DNA of 64,000 nt from Heteronotia binoei (Eukaryota). The notes under the pieces are model-generated. The model was given only the letters and a program-made list of their open reading frames with translations, searched no databases and was not told where the DNA came from. The stretch covers positions 17,174,001 through 17,238,000 of the forward strand of contig NC_083227.1 of NCBI RefSeq assembly GCF_032191835.1, read 5' to 3'. Of this stretch, positions 47,687 to 59,030 are shown in pieces. The first letter of the stretch is position 1, and each line of letters opens with the position of its first letter. Position numbers and translations under genes: made by a program.

Positions 47687-50110
47687 AAAATTCATAATAT
47701 TTTAATTTTACATTAATGAGAGGTTTTATACCATTCAAGGTGAGCAGCTTGTGTGCCCTTGCCCCCCACCAAGTATTGAGATTCAGGAATCAGCTTGTGA
47801 TTCAGTTTTATCTCCTACCCACCTACCTGTCTAGGCGATTCTCTGACAAAGCTGGTGTAGAAACCCCCCCATCCATGGTATCTACTGTAACTCCAGTGGT
47901 TTGCGTAAGTCTTACATAGAGCCAAAGCCTGTCTTGGTGTTTATTGGATCTAAAAAATTCTGAATGGACGGAGTGCCAATGAAGGTAACTGAGGCTGACA
48001 GGGCTACCAGGAGCCCCCCAGACCCACCAAATGAAGACTCCATCTGTGGCTGGTCTCCCAGATCCAACCCAAATAATTATATGACATTTTTCACCTGCTG
48101 AAGCAGCCTAAGGGAGGGGGCAAGATCACCTCATCCTACCTTACTGTGGCCTTGCAGCATTTTTAAATGGAAAAATTCTTCTCTAAAAGGGCACCAGTGG
48201 TCAGGAGCTGCGCCTTTGGCTGCCATAATGTCTCCTCTGGCTCCTAGACTCTATGGTTCTTCCAAACAGGGTTGCCAACCTCAAATTCCTGTCGATTTGG
48301 GGGAGGTGCTTGAGGACATTGGGGTTTAAGGAGTGGAGGGGCCTCAGTGGAATACCATATAGTGCACCCTCCAAAGCCATCATTTTCTCCAGGGGTGGGC
48401 CCTGGAGACCCAGAAGACTACAGATCCATCTCTGTAGTCAGGAGACCCAGTTGTAATTCTATGAGAAGTCCAGGCTCCACCTAGAGGCAAGCCTGGGTGC
48501 CAAGTTGCAGCATTCCACTTAAATCAGGCCTCACTATGCTTGTGAGAGAGGTAAGGAAAAGCCCTTCATTCAGCTGGGCTTGCCCAGCACATATTTCCTC
48601 AAGAAAGGGGAATCGGCCGGAGAACACAGGAGAGCCATGATGGACAGTGGATTCCCAACGGCCAGTGAATCTTTGTACTATCCCGTCTCTCTCCACAAAA
48701 TAACCTTCCTATCAGCCTCGTTTTCTGGTGGGCCAGAGCCTCTCTTCCTGCCATACTCTTCACACAGAGCTTCCATACGCAGAGACATCAAGCTTCTGAA
48801 TTCTAGTGCCAGGAGGCAACATTAAGGGAAGGCCTTGGTCTCTATGCCCTAATTGTTTGACCCATGGCAACTGCACAGCTGCTGTATTAGACAGGATACT
48901 GGACCAGATTGACCACTGGCCTGATTCAGCATGGATCTTATGTTCTTATTAGGGTTGCCAAGTTCCCTGCTTCCCATAGTACCTATTGTACCATAGAGTT
49001 TTCCCTTCCCAATGGCTAGAGCATCCGAGAAAACAATAGAGTCTTCCTGGAAACACCTAGAGCGGCCCCACACACGTGCCACCATTTTGATGATGTCACT
49101 TCTGGGTGACATCATTGCGCCAGTGATGTAGGCAGAGGTTCCCCCTGCCAGCCCAATGTGGGCTGGCGGGTTGGGAACCTCCCAGGCGGGGGAACCCTGC
49201 TCAGACCAGGGGCTTGGCAGCCCTGGTTCTTATGTTCATGACAGCAGGGAATTTTTAGGCCCTGGTTCATTGCTTCTAGGGTTGCCAGATCCAGGTTGAG
49301 AAACTCCTGGAGATATGGAGGTGGAGCCTGGGGAGGACAGGGACCTCACTGGGGTACAATACCAAAGAGTCCACCCTCCAAAACGGCCATTTTCTCCAGG
49401 GGAACAGATCTCTATAGTCTGGAGATGAGGTGTGATTCTGAGGGATCACCAGGTCCTATTTGCAGGCTGGCATCCCTAATTGCTGGAGGGTCTAGCCCAG
49501 AGGTGTTGAACTCATTTGTTACGAGGGACGGATCAGACATAAATGTCGCTTTGTTGAGCCATACCAGTTGTTCCATTAAATGTACTGCCAAGCACTGGAC
49601 ACATAAACTATAAAAAGGACAGAAGCAAACCCAATTAACAATTTTTTAAACTCAAAATACAAACCTGCTTTAACACTCTTACAGTATTTCCTTACAGTAT
49701 CTCCTTGATGCCCATGCTCCCATTTCCACCACTCATTACACATTAGCACTGGGGCAGTACACAAGAACATCATGCCCAGCCTCTGTCACCTGACAATAAA
49801 CGCAATGACTAATTGCCTGCAGACTGGTTAAGAGCCCTGGATGGGCTGCTTCTGGCCTGCGGGTCATATTTTTGACACCCCTGGTCTCACCCATCTAGAT
49901 AGGATCAAACCTCTTCTGTCGGGTTCCCAATGCATGGCTCCCATTTGAATTGGATCCCCTCTAACCCTCTCTGACTGTATGGTTGCCAGCCACCTGGCAG
50001 GGGAGGGAGGATATGGTTGCCATCTCAAAGCGGGGGAACTCCAGGAGCTGGTGGAGCTTGGGGAAGGGAGGGACTTCATGGGGCACAAAGTCATAGAGTC
50101 CACCCTCTAA

Positions 50111-50284
50111 CAGGGCTGGCTCTGCCACTAGGCAAACTAGGCAATTGCCTAGGGTGCCAGTCTTCTGGGGGTGCCAAATTGGGTGTCCCCATGTGACTCT
50201 GTGATGTTATCAGTGCTGTGGGGGGGGGGGGGGCGCCAGAAGTTAGGCTTGCTTAGGGTGCCAGATGGTCTAGGGCCATCCCTG
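50111..50284 (+). mobile_element. hAT-like MITE nested in a TAGGGTTGCCA MITE
   Basis: TIRs CAGGGCTGGC / GCCATCCCTG; TSD-like CCCTCTAA / CCCTCCGA. Confidence 0.7.
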
Positions 50285-50799
50285 CCCTCCGAAGTATACA
50301 TTTGCTCCAGGGGAACTGACTGGAGATGAGCTATAATTCCAGGGAATCCCCAGGTCCCCCTTGGATGATGGTGTTCCTATCTGGCTGGTGTCAGAGAAGG
50401 CACACCACCACTTGGTTCACTTGGACTTGAACGTGAAGGCTGGCCTGACACAGAATCTGCAGGCTTTCGGACAGTGATGGCCAACAGTTTTGCTAGGTGC
50501 TGCTCCTGTGCTTTTACACACAGCATAAGCTGCAGGTGATGGAAATGCTACACACACACACACTGTGTAATGGTTGCAGCTCATGGAATGCCAGAAGAGC
50601 CATGCTGGATCGAGCCAAACTTTCTATCCTTGTGGTGCTGAAAAGACAGTAGTGCTGTGTGGCAAAGGAAAGTCAGGCGCTGCCCCCTAGCATAATTTCC
50701 TTTCCCTCCAAGGGTTAAATCAACAGAGCAGAGTTTCACAGAGAGGCCCAGGAATTTGAGAAGGAAGCCCGTGTGTTGAAGGCCCTTTCCTGAACCTGG

Positions 50800-50940
50800 C
50801 AGAAAAGTGGCCTTTTGGTGGGGGAGATTTATTTATTCATTTAAATCCCACCCTCCTTTCTACCAGATTGGCTTGCAGAGAGATCCCTACAAAGGCGATT
50901 GCATCGCAGAGCTGGCTGTAGGCAAGGCAGAGGTGAGTGG
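50800..50940 (+). promoter_or_regulatory. Candidate ZF-4 non-coding first exon
   Basis: Perfect donor AG|GTGAGT at 50932/50933 with a few CpGs, upstream of the 54448 acceptor; otherwise weak support. Confidence 0.3.
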
Positions 50941-51586
50941 GTGTTCTGGGAGAATTGCCGGCAGTGATGGGAAAGAAATGGGAGGGGATGAGGAATAGCA
51001 TTCAGAGAGAAAATAGGTAATACTCCAAATTAAATAAAAGGGGTGTGTGTATGTGGGGGGGGGGAGGTGATTCTACTGCCAACTACTTCTAAACTCCCCA
51101 AGTAGAAGGGAGGGGGCATTCTGAAAACAAAAGAATAAAAATTTAAACTCAGAATCTTTAGGATTCCCTCCCATCCCCTCACCTAATATTTCAGAACATT
51201 CCCCCCTCCCCCAGAAAAAGAAATCAGGCTTGTGTTGATCATAATAAGGAAGATGACAAAAGAATAAGGTAGCATTTTTCTGGACCTTTGTGGTTTGTCC
51301 TGGGATTTAGATAAAGCAATCTGTTGTTTGAAAGTTAAAAAGAACCTTTTCAGGGGTTAAAAAGGCATGCCTGTGCCATTTTGAACACCAGCTCTTTTTT
51401 TTGTGTACAGTTGGTTAATAATTTCATTTCACTGTAAATGAAAATTTATAAATCCATAAAAGAGGCATTCTCCCCTTTCGCACGCACAGAAGAGAGTCCT
51501 TTTCTACTTGTTAGGATGACCCCATGTACCCATAGTTGAAAACTCCCCAGAAAAAAATGTGTTCCCCTTTGAAGCTTAGTGCTTCA

Positions 51587-51808
51587 CTCATATGAAAATG
51601 TGTGCAGATTTTAATGGTTAAAACGCCTGAAATCAATGGACTCAAATGTCTTTATTGGGGGATAGTTTTTCTGAAGGGTAGGCAAAATGTGCTTTCCTCA
51701 TATGAAAATGTGTGCAGATTTTAATGGTTAAGATGCCTGAAATCAATGGACTCAAATGTCTTTATTGGGGGATAGTTTTTCTGAAGGGTAGGCAAAATGT
51801 GCTTTCCT
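51587..51808. repeat. Tandem duplication, 2 x 110 bp
   Basis: CTCATATGAAAATGTGTGCAG...GGCAAAATGTGCTTTC starts at 51587 and 51697; copies differ only at AAACGCC vs AGATGCC. Confidence 0.95.
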
Positions 51809-52091
51809 TGGCATGCTAGTTTTCAGTGCACAGGGAACTGGAGAGGGCGTTTGAGGGGCATGCCATCCCCCTGCCTCTTACAGTTTGACAGAATTTTTCC
51901 CCAGTGCCCCCACTCTGAGAATTAAGCTGGGTTCATTGGGATCCACACAGGAGATAGAAAGGACAAAAGACCCTGAACGCAGATGAAACTGCGTTACACT
52001 AAAGCTGTCTTGGTCCATCAAGGTCAGTATTGCCTAATCAGGCTGGCAGCACCTCTCCAGGGTCTCAGATTGAGGTCCTTCATATCACCTA

Positions 52092-52399
52092 AAGGTAAAA
52101 GGTAAAGGTAGTCCCCTGTGCAAGCACCAGTCGTTTCCAACTCTGGGATGACGTTGCTTTCACAACGTTTTCATGGCAGACTTTTTACGGGGTGGTTTGC
52201 CATTGCCTTCCCCAGTCATCTGCACTTTCCCCCCAGAAAGCTGGGTACTCATTTTACCGGCTTTGGAAGGATGGAAGGCTGAGTCAACCTGAGCCTGCTA
52301 CCTGAACCAGCTTCCGCTGGGATTGCTCAGGTCATGAGCAGAGGGCTCCAACTGAAGTACTGCAGCTTTACCACTCTGTGCCACGGGGCTCTTTCCCTG
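52092..52399 (-). mobile_element. Sauria SINE inserted in a Squam2-like SINE (51997-52495)
   Basis: AAAGGT tail repeats at the left end, CCACGGGGCTC head at the right end, TSD TATCACCTA (52083-52091 and 52400-52408). Confidence 0.85.
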
Positions 52400-53672
52400 T
52401 ATCACCTACTGGTCCTTTTAAAGTGGAAATGCCAGGGGTTGAATTGGACCTTCTGCATGCAAAGCAGAAGCTCTTCCACTGAGCTACAGCCTTTCCCTGA
52501 AAAGTCAGAGTGATGGTCCATCTAATCCAGCATCCCCATTTCCCACAGTGGCCCACATGGGATCATGCCCCAGGTTTATTAGCATGTATCATAGAGAATG
52601 TCACATTGAGAGTTTTTTTTCCATACAATGAAATACCTCAAGCAAGCCATAGAAGAGTGAGGTTAAAGCGGAAATTATTTTTTAAAAAAATCATGGCAGA
52701 CTATGTTGGACTTGGAGATAGCAAATCAGGACCTGCCCTGCCCATCTCTGAATGTGGATTGTTTGGTAAATAACAATAACAGTAGTAGTAATAGTAGCAG
52801 GGCTTTTTTTTGAGCAGGAATGCACAGGAATGCAGTTCCGGTCAGCTTGGTGTCAGGAGGTATGGCCTAATATGCAAATGAATTCCTGCTGGGCTTTTTC
52901 TGCAAAAAGCCCTGTGTGAAACAATGGTGACATCAGGGGGTATGGCCTAAAATGCAAATGAGTTCCTATCAGCCTGTTTCTGACACCAAGCCAGCTGGAA
53001 CTGCGTTTCTGTACATTCCTGCTCAAAAAATGCCCTGGTTCCAGGACCATTAAAGACTGGGGAAACTGAATGGGGAGGGGGTTTAAATTCTGCCCCATGC
53101 GGTTGACAACTGATTTTTATTTTTAAAATATCTGGGATTGTCAAATGGCCCTTTAGATAAGCCCATGATGATTCTGTTCCATTTCCCATGTTCTCAATTT
53201 TGTAAGGGTCTCTAAAAAAATGGCAGCCCTTCCTAAAGAAGCACGATTTGATTATAGTTACCCATGTTGTTATCTGGCTTAGATTGCTGCAGTGCTTCCC
53301 ATATGGGGCAGCTTTTGAAGTTTGTTTAGAAGCTTCCACTTTTAAAATCAGAATCCTGGACTAGTCCAGGGTGACAGTTGGGTGAGGAGGGGCCGCAAGG
53401 CTTAGTGGTGGAGCATCTATTCCGTATGTAGAAGCTCCCAGGTTTGATCCCCAGCATCTCCAATAAAAAGGACCAGGCAGTGGGTGATGTGAATGACTAC
53501 CTGAGAAAGCAGCTGCCAGTCAGAGTAGACAATACTGAGTTGAAGAGACCAATGGCCATTCAGCATAAGGCTTATTTATGTTTATAATGTAGTTTATTGA
53601 TTGTCCCCCCCCACCCCCGTTAGTTCATTTCGATTGTATTTTTGTAAGGTGCTGTGGGGCCCCACTGGGAAT

Positions 53673-54200
53673 AGGGTTGCCAAGTCCAATTCAAGAAATA
53701 TCTGGGGACTTTGTGGGTGAAGCCAGGAGACTTTGTGGGTGGAGCCAGGAGACATTAGGGGTGGAGCAAAGATCAAGGCTGTGACAAGCATAATTGAACT
53801 CCAAAGGGAGTTCTGGCCATCACATTTAAAGGGACAGCACACCTTTTCAATTCCTTCCTTCCATAGGAAATTATGAAAGATAGGGGCACCTTCTTTTGGG
53901 GCTCATAGAATTGGACCCCCTGGTCCAATCTTTTTGAAACTTGGGGGGTATTTTGGGGAGAGGCACTAGATGCTATACTGAAAACCTGGTGCCTCTACCC
54001 CAAAAAAACAGCCCCCCCAGAGCCCCAGATACCCGCGGATCAATTCTCCATGATTTTCTATGGGAATAAATCTCCTTAGGGAATAACAGTTCCCAGCAGA
54101 CATTTCCCTCCCCTCCCCCCACTTTCTGATGACCCTGAAGCGGGGGGAGGGCCTCTGAACCGGGGGATCCCCTGCCCCCACCTGGGGATTGGCAACCCTA
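53673..54200 (+). mobile_element. Long TAGGGTTGCCA MITE
   Basis: TIRs TAGGGTTGCCA / TGGCAACCCTA; same body as 33303. Confidence 0.8.
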
Positions 54201-54488
54201 ACTGGGAAGGGGGGAGGGATTCCTATATCAATATACTTTCTCATTTCATTGTGACACCTGAATGGAAATCCTTACTTGTGTGTATGTTATTTTTCATCTT
54301 TACCAATTTTTGCTTCTTTTCCCATTCCTTCGACTTGTATAACCTGCTATAAAATTTAATAAAATCAAAACCTCCCCAAGGTTCTTTAAATTTCACATTT
54401 CTGGTGATTCATTGATTCATGTGTGTATGTTTTGGGTTTTTTTCCAGAGCATTTTGGGGGTGAAACTGGCAGTTTCCCCCCCTGGGAA

Positions 54489-54596
54489 ATGGAGAACTGG
54501 GCCAAGGAACGTGGCCCAGAAATCTGTGCTCAGGTAGTTGCCTTGGCAGAGGATTTCCTCCTGAGGCAGCGTGAAGCTCAGAGATGGGATCCGCAG
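54489..54596 (+). CDS. ZF-4 first coding exon: C-terminal part of a SCAN domain only
   Basis: Acceptor tttttttccag| at 54448, gaaATGG at 54489, MENWAKERGPEICAQVVALAEDFLLRQREAQRWDPQ, donor CAG|GTGAGT (phase 0). Confidence 0.7.
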
Positions 54597-55580
54597 GTGA
54601 GTGAACTTCATCCTGGTACTCAGAGGGTCCCAGAGCTAGAAACAGCAGAGGGACAGCTGAAGATCTAAGTGGGTCTTAGGCACAGGTTGTAGTTTACAGC
54701 TCCCTTCCTCCTCCCCCACCTTATTTTGCTGTTCCCTCTCTTCCCATCTTAAATTTCCCTTCCTTTTCCCATCTCCTATGTCATGGCTCCACTGGAGAGG
54801 TAATCACACATTTCCTGATGGAAACAGCACCTTGAAAAAGTAGCCAAGCAGGGCTCCCTGGTGTTCTGGCATCTTATGTTGCTGCCAGATCATCCCTTTC
54901 CCAGTCATTGGTTGGACCTTCCAAAAAACTATCTAAACTTTCAAACAGTGCAGCAAAGCAAAATTATTCACATCCTGGCAATCCAATAGCATGTCAGTTG
55001 CCATGACACATCACATTCACATCCTGGCAATCCAGTAGCGTGGCATAAGTCCCACCCTATGACGAAGTATGGATGAAACAAGCAACCAAGTCGACCGCTT
55101 GTTCGTCAGGGCTGTTCTAATGCACTCATTTGGGGCTCTGAGAAGCATGTATACAAGTACTTTGCAAAGTAGCCAATTTCTTTATGGAATGAACTAACTT
55201 CTAAAGAATTTTCTATTCATCTCCGGCATTCAGTGAGATATATATGGACTCTTTAAAAGGATTCTTTCAGAGGATATTGGTGTGCAATAAATGCCTTTGA
55301 ATATTGTAATTTTACACAGAATGAATTCAATATGTGAATGAATTTGCATGAATTTATTAGATTGTATGAATTCACATAAATATTTTGAATAAAGATTCGT
55401 TATTGTGGATTGTGATACTTTCTGTATCTTCTGGTACCAGCCTATGCACAGTCCTCTCCCTTTATTACTTTTTAATCTCCTGGTGGGGCCTGGTGATCTC
55501 ATGGAATTACACCTGATCTTTAGAGGGCAGAGATCAGTCCCTCTGGAGGAAATAGCTGTTTTGGATGGTTGACTCTATGG

Positions 55581-58078
55581 CAGAGATGTCAAACACATGG
55601 CCTGCGGACCAGATCAGGCCCGCAGAGGGCTCCAATCAGGCCCTCCAGGAACTGGCTGTCATCTGCTTCATTTTCCCTATCCTGCTTTTTTGGGTCACCA
55701 TTTTGTGTTTCTCCCTGGATAAGCCAGGCAGCAAAGCAGCCTTTCCCTATTCCCCCCTCCCTTTTCCCAAAGGGAGGAGGAGGGAGGAACAGCCTCAGCC
55801 AGTGAGGGAGCTTGGCTCTATAGCTCTGCTGGGTGATTAAGTTTGCCAGGTTCAATTAATCACCCTGCAGAGCTACTGAAACATGCCACTCTTCCTTCTC
55901 TTTAATGGCTGAGGCTCCTCCCCCTCGTGCCCTGGGGAAAGAAAGAAAGAGCCAGAGCTTCTTTTGCATAGTCCCCACCATTAGGAGAGCAACAAAGAGT
56001 GCTTTTAAGAGTAGCAATGTTTTAGTGAAGGTATGAGCTTTTTGCCTTGCTACAGAGAGAGAGAGAGAGAGTTTTGTTGGGCTTCTTATGGGTGTAACTG
56101 GGTTCCCCTCCTCTTTTTCACTGTACTAATGCCCTCCAGTCTTTCTCAATAGGAAAGTGTGTGAACTATTTAGAAGAGAAATCTCAACATTAGGCTGAGA
56201 GTGTGTTCCACCCCAGGTTTATCCAGCAAATTTTCCTTAATTTTTCTTTCACATTTTCCTTTGATTGGGGGTCCTGAATTTAGACTTCCCAGATAGTAGG
56301 CTGACACTGACCACTGTACATGGCTGTCTCTCTGTTCTTGTAGTTGTTTTTTTGGGGGGGAAGTTGTATTTTTTTTTTAGTTGCAGTCATTTTTCCGGGG
56401 AAAATTATAGTTTTGTTGACAAGCACATAGCCATGGTGCCTTCACATGTTCTTGCCTAGTACATAAGCAACTTCTGTACAAAAGCTCACAATGCCCAGCT
56501 GCTTCATATTCCTCTGAGTCTTAGGCTCAAAGCATTGACCATGAGATGTCTGTAATGAACATCAATGAATCAAAAGTAGGTGGGAAAAGGTAAAAGTGGG
56601 CTCTACACTGATCTTCATGAATTCATATGATTTTTACATTGAAATGAAATCAAACCACTATTATTCTGTAGATCCTGTCATAGACTATAGGAAGGACCAC
56701 AAAAATCATGCCTCCACGATTTGTGATGCCTCACCAATGCAAAAAACAGGGTTCCAAAGCACGGATCCTCATGAATTCATATGATTTTTACGGTGAAATT
56801 AAATCAAACAACCATCATGTTGTAGATCTTGTCTTAGACTATAGGCAGCACCAGAAAAATCATGCCTCCACGAATCTGTGGTGCCACAACAGTGGAAAAA
56901 CATGTTTCCAAACCACAGATCCTCATGGAGCCTCATGATATTTACTTAGGATCCCCCCAATTCACCATTAATTCTTATATCATGTCCATGGGCAGAGTTT
57001 GCACCACAGAAATCATGGATCCACAGCTTTGTGGCAGCACCATGGACCAAAAACTTGGTTTTGAACCACGGATCCTCATGGATCCTCATGATTTTTGCTT
57101 TGGATCCCCCCAAGCCCACCATCCAATCACATATCGTGTCCATGGGCAGAGGCTGCACCCCAGATAGCATGGATCCACGGCTTTGTGGCAGCACCATGGT
57201 GTTGCCACGAAGTTGAGGATCCATGTTTTCTGTGGTGTAAACTCTGCCCATAAACAGGATGTGTGATTTAATGATGATGTTGGGATAACCCAAAGCACAA
57301 AGCCATGGATCCATGATTTCTATGGTGTAAGCTCTGCCCATGGACATATGTTATTTGATTGTGAATTTGGCTTGACCCAAAGCAAAAATACGATATAAGA
57401 ATTGATGGTGAGGTTGGGGGAATCCAAAGCAAAAATCATGAGGATCCATGGTTTGGAAACATGTTTTTCCACTGTTGTGGTGCCACAGATTCATGGAGGC
57501 ATGATTTTTCTGGTGCTACCTATAGTCTAAAACAGGATCTACAGCATGATGGTGGTTTCATTTCATTTCACTATAAAAATCAAATGAATTCATGAGGATC
57601 CGTGCTTTGGAACCCTGTTTTTGTACTGGTGATTTTTGTGGTCCTGCCTATAGTCTAAGACACGATCTACAGAATAATAGTGGTTTGATTTAATTTCAAT
57701 GCAAAAATCATATGAATTCATGAAGATCCGTGTAGATCTGACTTTTACCCAGACCCAAAGTCGGTTTGCAACTTACAGATGTGCACACCTGAACAGCACA
57801 TATTCAAGATTGGTACAGCACAGATGTCTGCAGTTATTGATGCAATAATTCATAGCAAGAGGTGACATTTATCAGAGACTGTAAAACAAAATATTGCAAG
57901 CGTGCTAATATTTTAAGCATGTTTTATTTTAAAAAATCTTTAATTGTGTGTCTGTGCCCTTTATAAAGTTTATATGTCCGCTGCCTGGCATTACATTTTA
58001 TGATACACATGTACCTGCCCGACAAGGTCTCATGTATGTCAAATCCGGCCCTCATAGCAAATGAGTTTGACACCTCTG
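55581..58078 (+). mobile_element. hAT non-autonomous element enlarged to 2.5 kb
   Basis: TIRs CAGAGATGTCAAAC / GTTTGACACCTCTG with perfect 8-bp TSD CTCTATGG; ends match the ~600-bp copies at 13195 and 37507 but ~1.85 kb of extra sequence lies inside. Confidence 0.85.
56589..57749. repeat. 1.16-kb loopless palindrome made of ~154-bp tandem units (foldback-like)
   Basis: Left end GGTAAAAGT..CTACAC.GATCTTCATGAATTCATATG mirrors right end CATATGAATTCATGAAGATC.GTGTAG..ACTTTTACC; centre ACCA|TGGT at 57196/57197; units start at 56610, 56764, 56918, 57071. Confidence 0.92.
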
Positions 58079-58636
58079 CTCTATGGCATTATACCCCACT
58101 GAGATCCCTCCCCTCAAGCCTCACCTTCCTCCCTACATATATATATTTTTCTAAATCCCTGCATATAAAAACCCTAGTATGTCAGGTATGACAAAAGCAA
58201 CTTTGTCTCAAGCAAGCTAGATTTCCATGAGCAGGGGATTTTTTTAAAAAAAATGGACAAACATTCAGGCATGTGAATTTCTACGTGTGCCCTGGGGTGG
58301 TACAGCCCAGATACAAACTGACAAGCTTGCTAAGTGGGGGCTCAGTCATTGTGACTAGAAACTTTCCTGTCCTCTTTGAAGCTTCCATCCATATTTGATG
58401 CCCACAGTGCTAACAGTGCTGTTTTAAGTGGAGTTATCCCTTTCTAAGCTTAATGACTTCACTTGGCTTGGAAAGGTATAACCTCTGGGGTTACTGTGGG
58501 CAGGGTCTGCCCCCCACTTCTGGAAAGCTGCATCTCCTTCTGCTCAGGTGGCTCAACAGCAGTGTTTGAACATCTGCTGGTACCCCTGTAACAATTCCTA
58601 TCTCTAAACTTTCTGATCCTCTGCTTTGTTGCACAG

Positions 58637-58736
58637 GCAGCGGCCATGAACCTGTCTGATATGGAGCAGGCTCCATCAGACGTGGAACAGGAACAGAGCT
58701 TTAAACAGGAGGAAGATGAGGACACCATCTCACTGG
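58637..58736 (+). CDS. ZF-4 middle exon (100 nt, shortened degenerate KRAB-A-like)
   Basis: Acceptor ttgttgcacag|GCA, donor CTG G|gtaagc; encodes AAAMNLSDMEQAPSDVEQEQSFKQEEDEDTISL+G; phase 0 to 1. Confidence 0.8.
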
Positions 58737-59030
58737 GTAAGCATTAGCCTCTGAAATGAGGAGTCTTGAGTCCCACATGCTATCCAGATGGCCTACTGTA
58801 CGCCTTAAGAATCTTAGCAAGGGTTTAAGAAAGATCAGAGCCAGGATCCATCTAGTCCAGCATCTGTTTACCCGCAGTGGTTAGCCAGAGGGCCTTCTGC
58901 TGTTTTTGCTAAAGAGCAAAATGGTATCCAGATGTCTATTCTTTCTGGCAACTGAGGTTTCCTCTGGCCATCTTGGCTACTGACAGATTTCTTCTCCTGG
59001 AATTGTCTAATCTCCTTTTAAAGCCAATTT

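Noticed and set aside
31670-54140. CTGATGA words at ~31674, 33781 and 54126 as hammerhead cores
   Set aside because: They lie in the long TAGGGTTGCCA MITE and are not followed by a stem II-GAAA arrangement.
56596-57347. Repeat-protein-like ORFs (MNSYDFY.., MDPxLCGxT..) and a CRISPR-like reading of the ~154-bp periodicity
   Set aside because: ORFs appear in several frames on both strands as a by-product of the tandem palindrome; units are homologous along their whole length with no unique spacers, and the context is eukaryotic.
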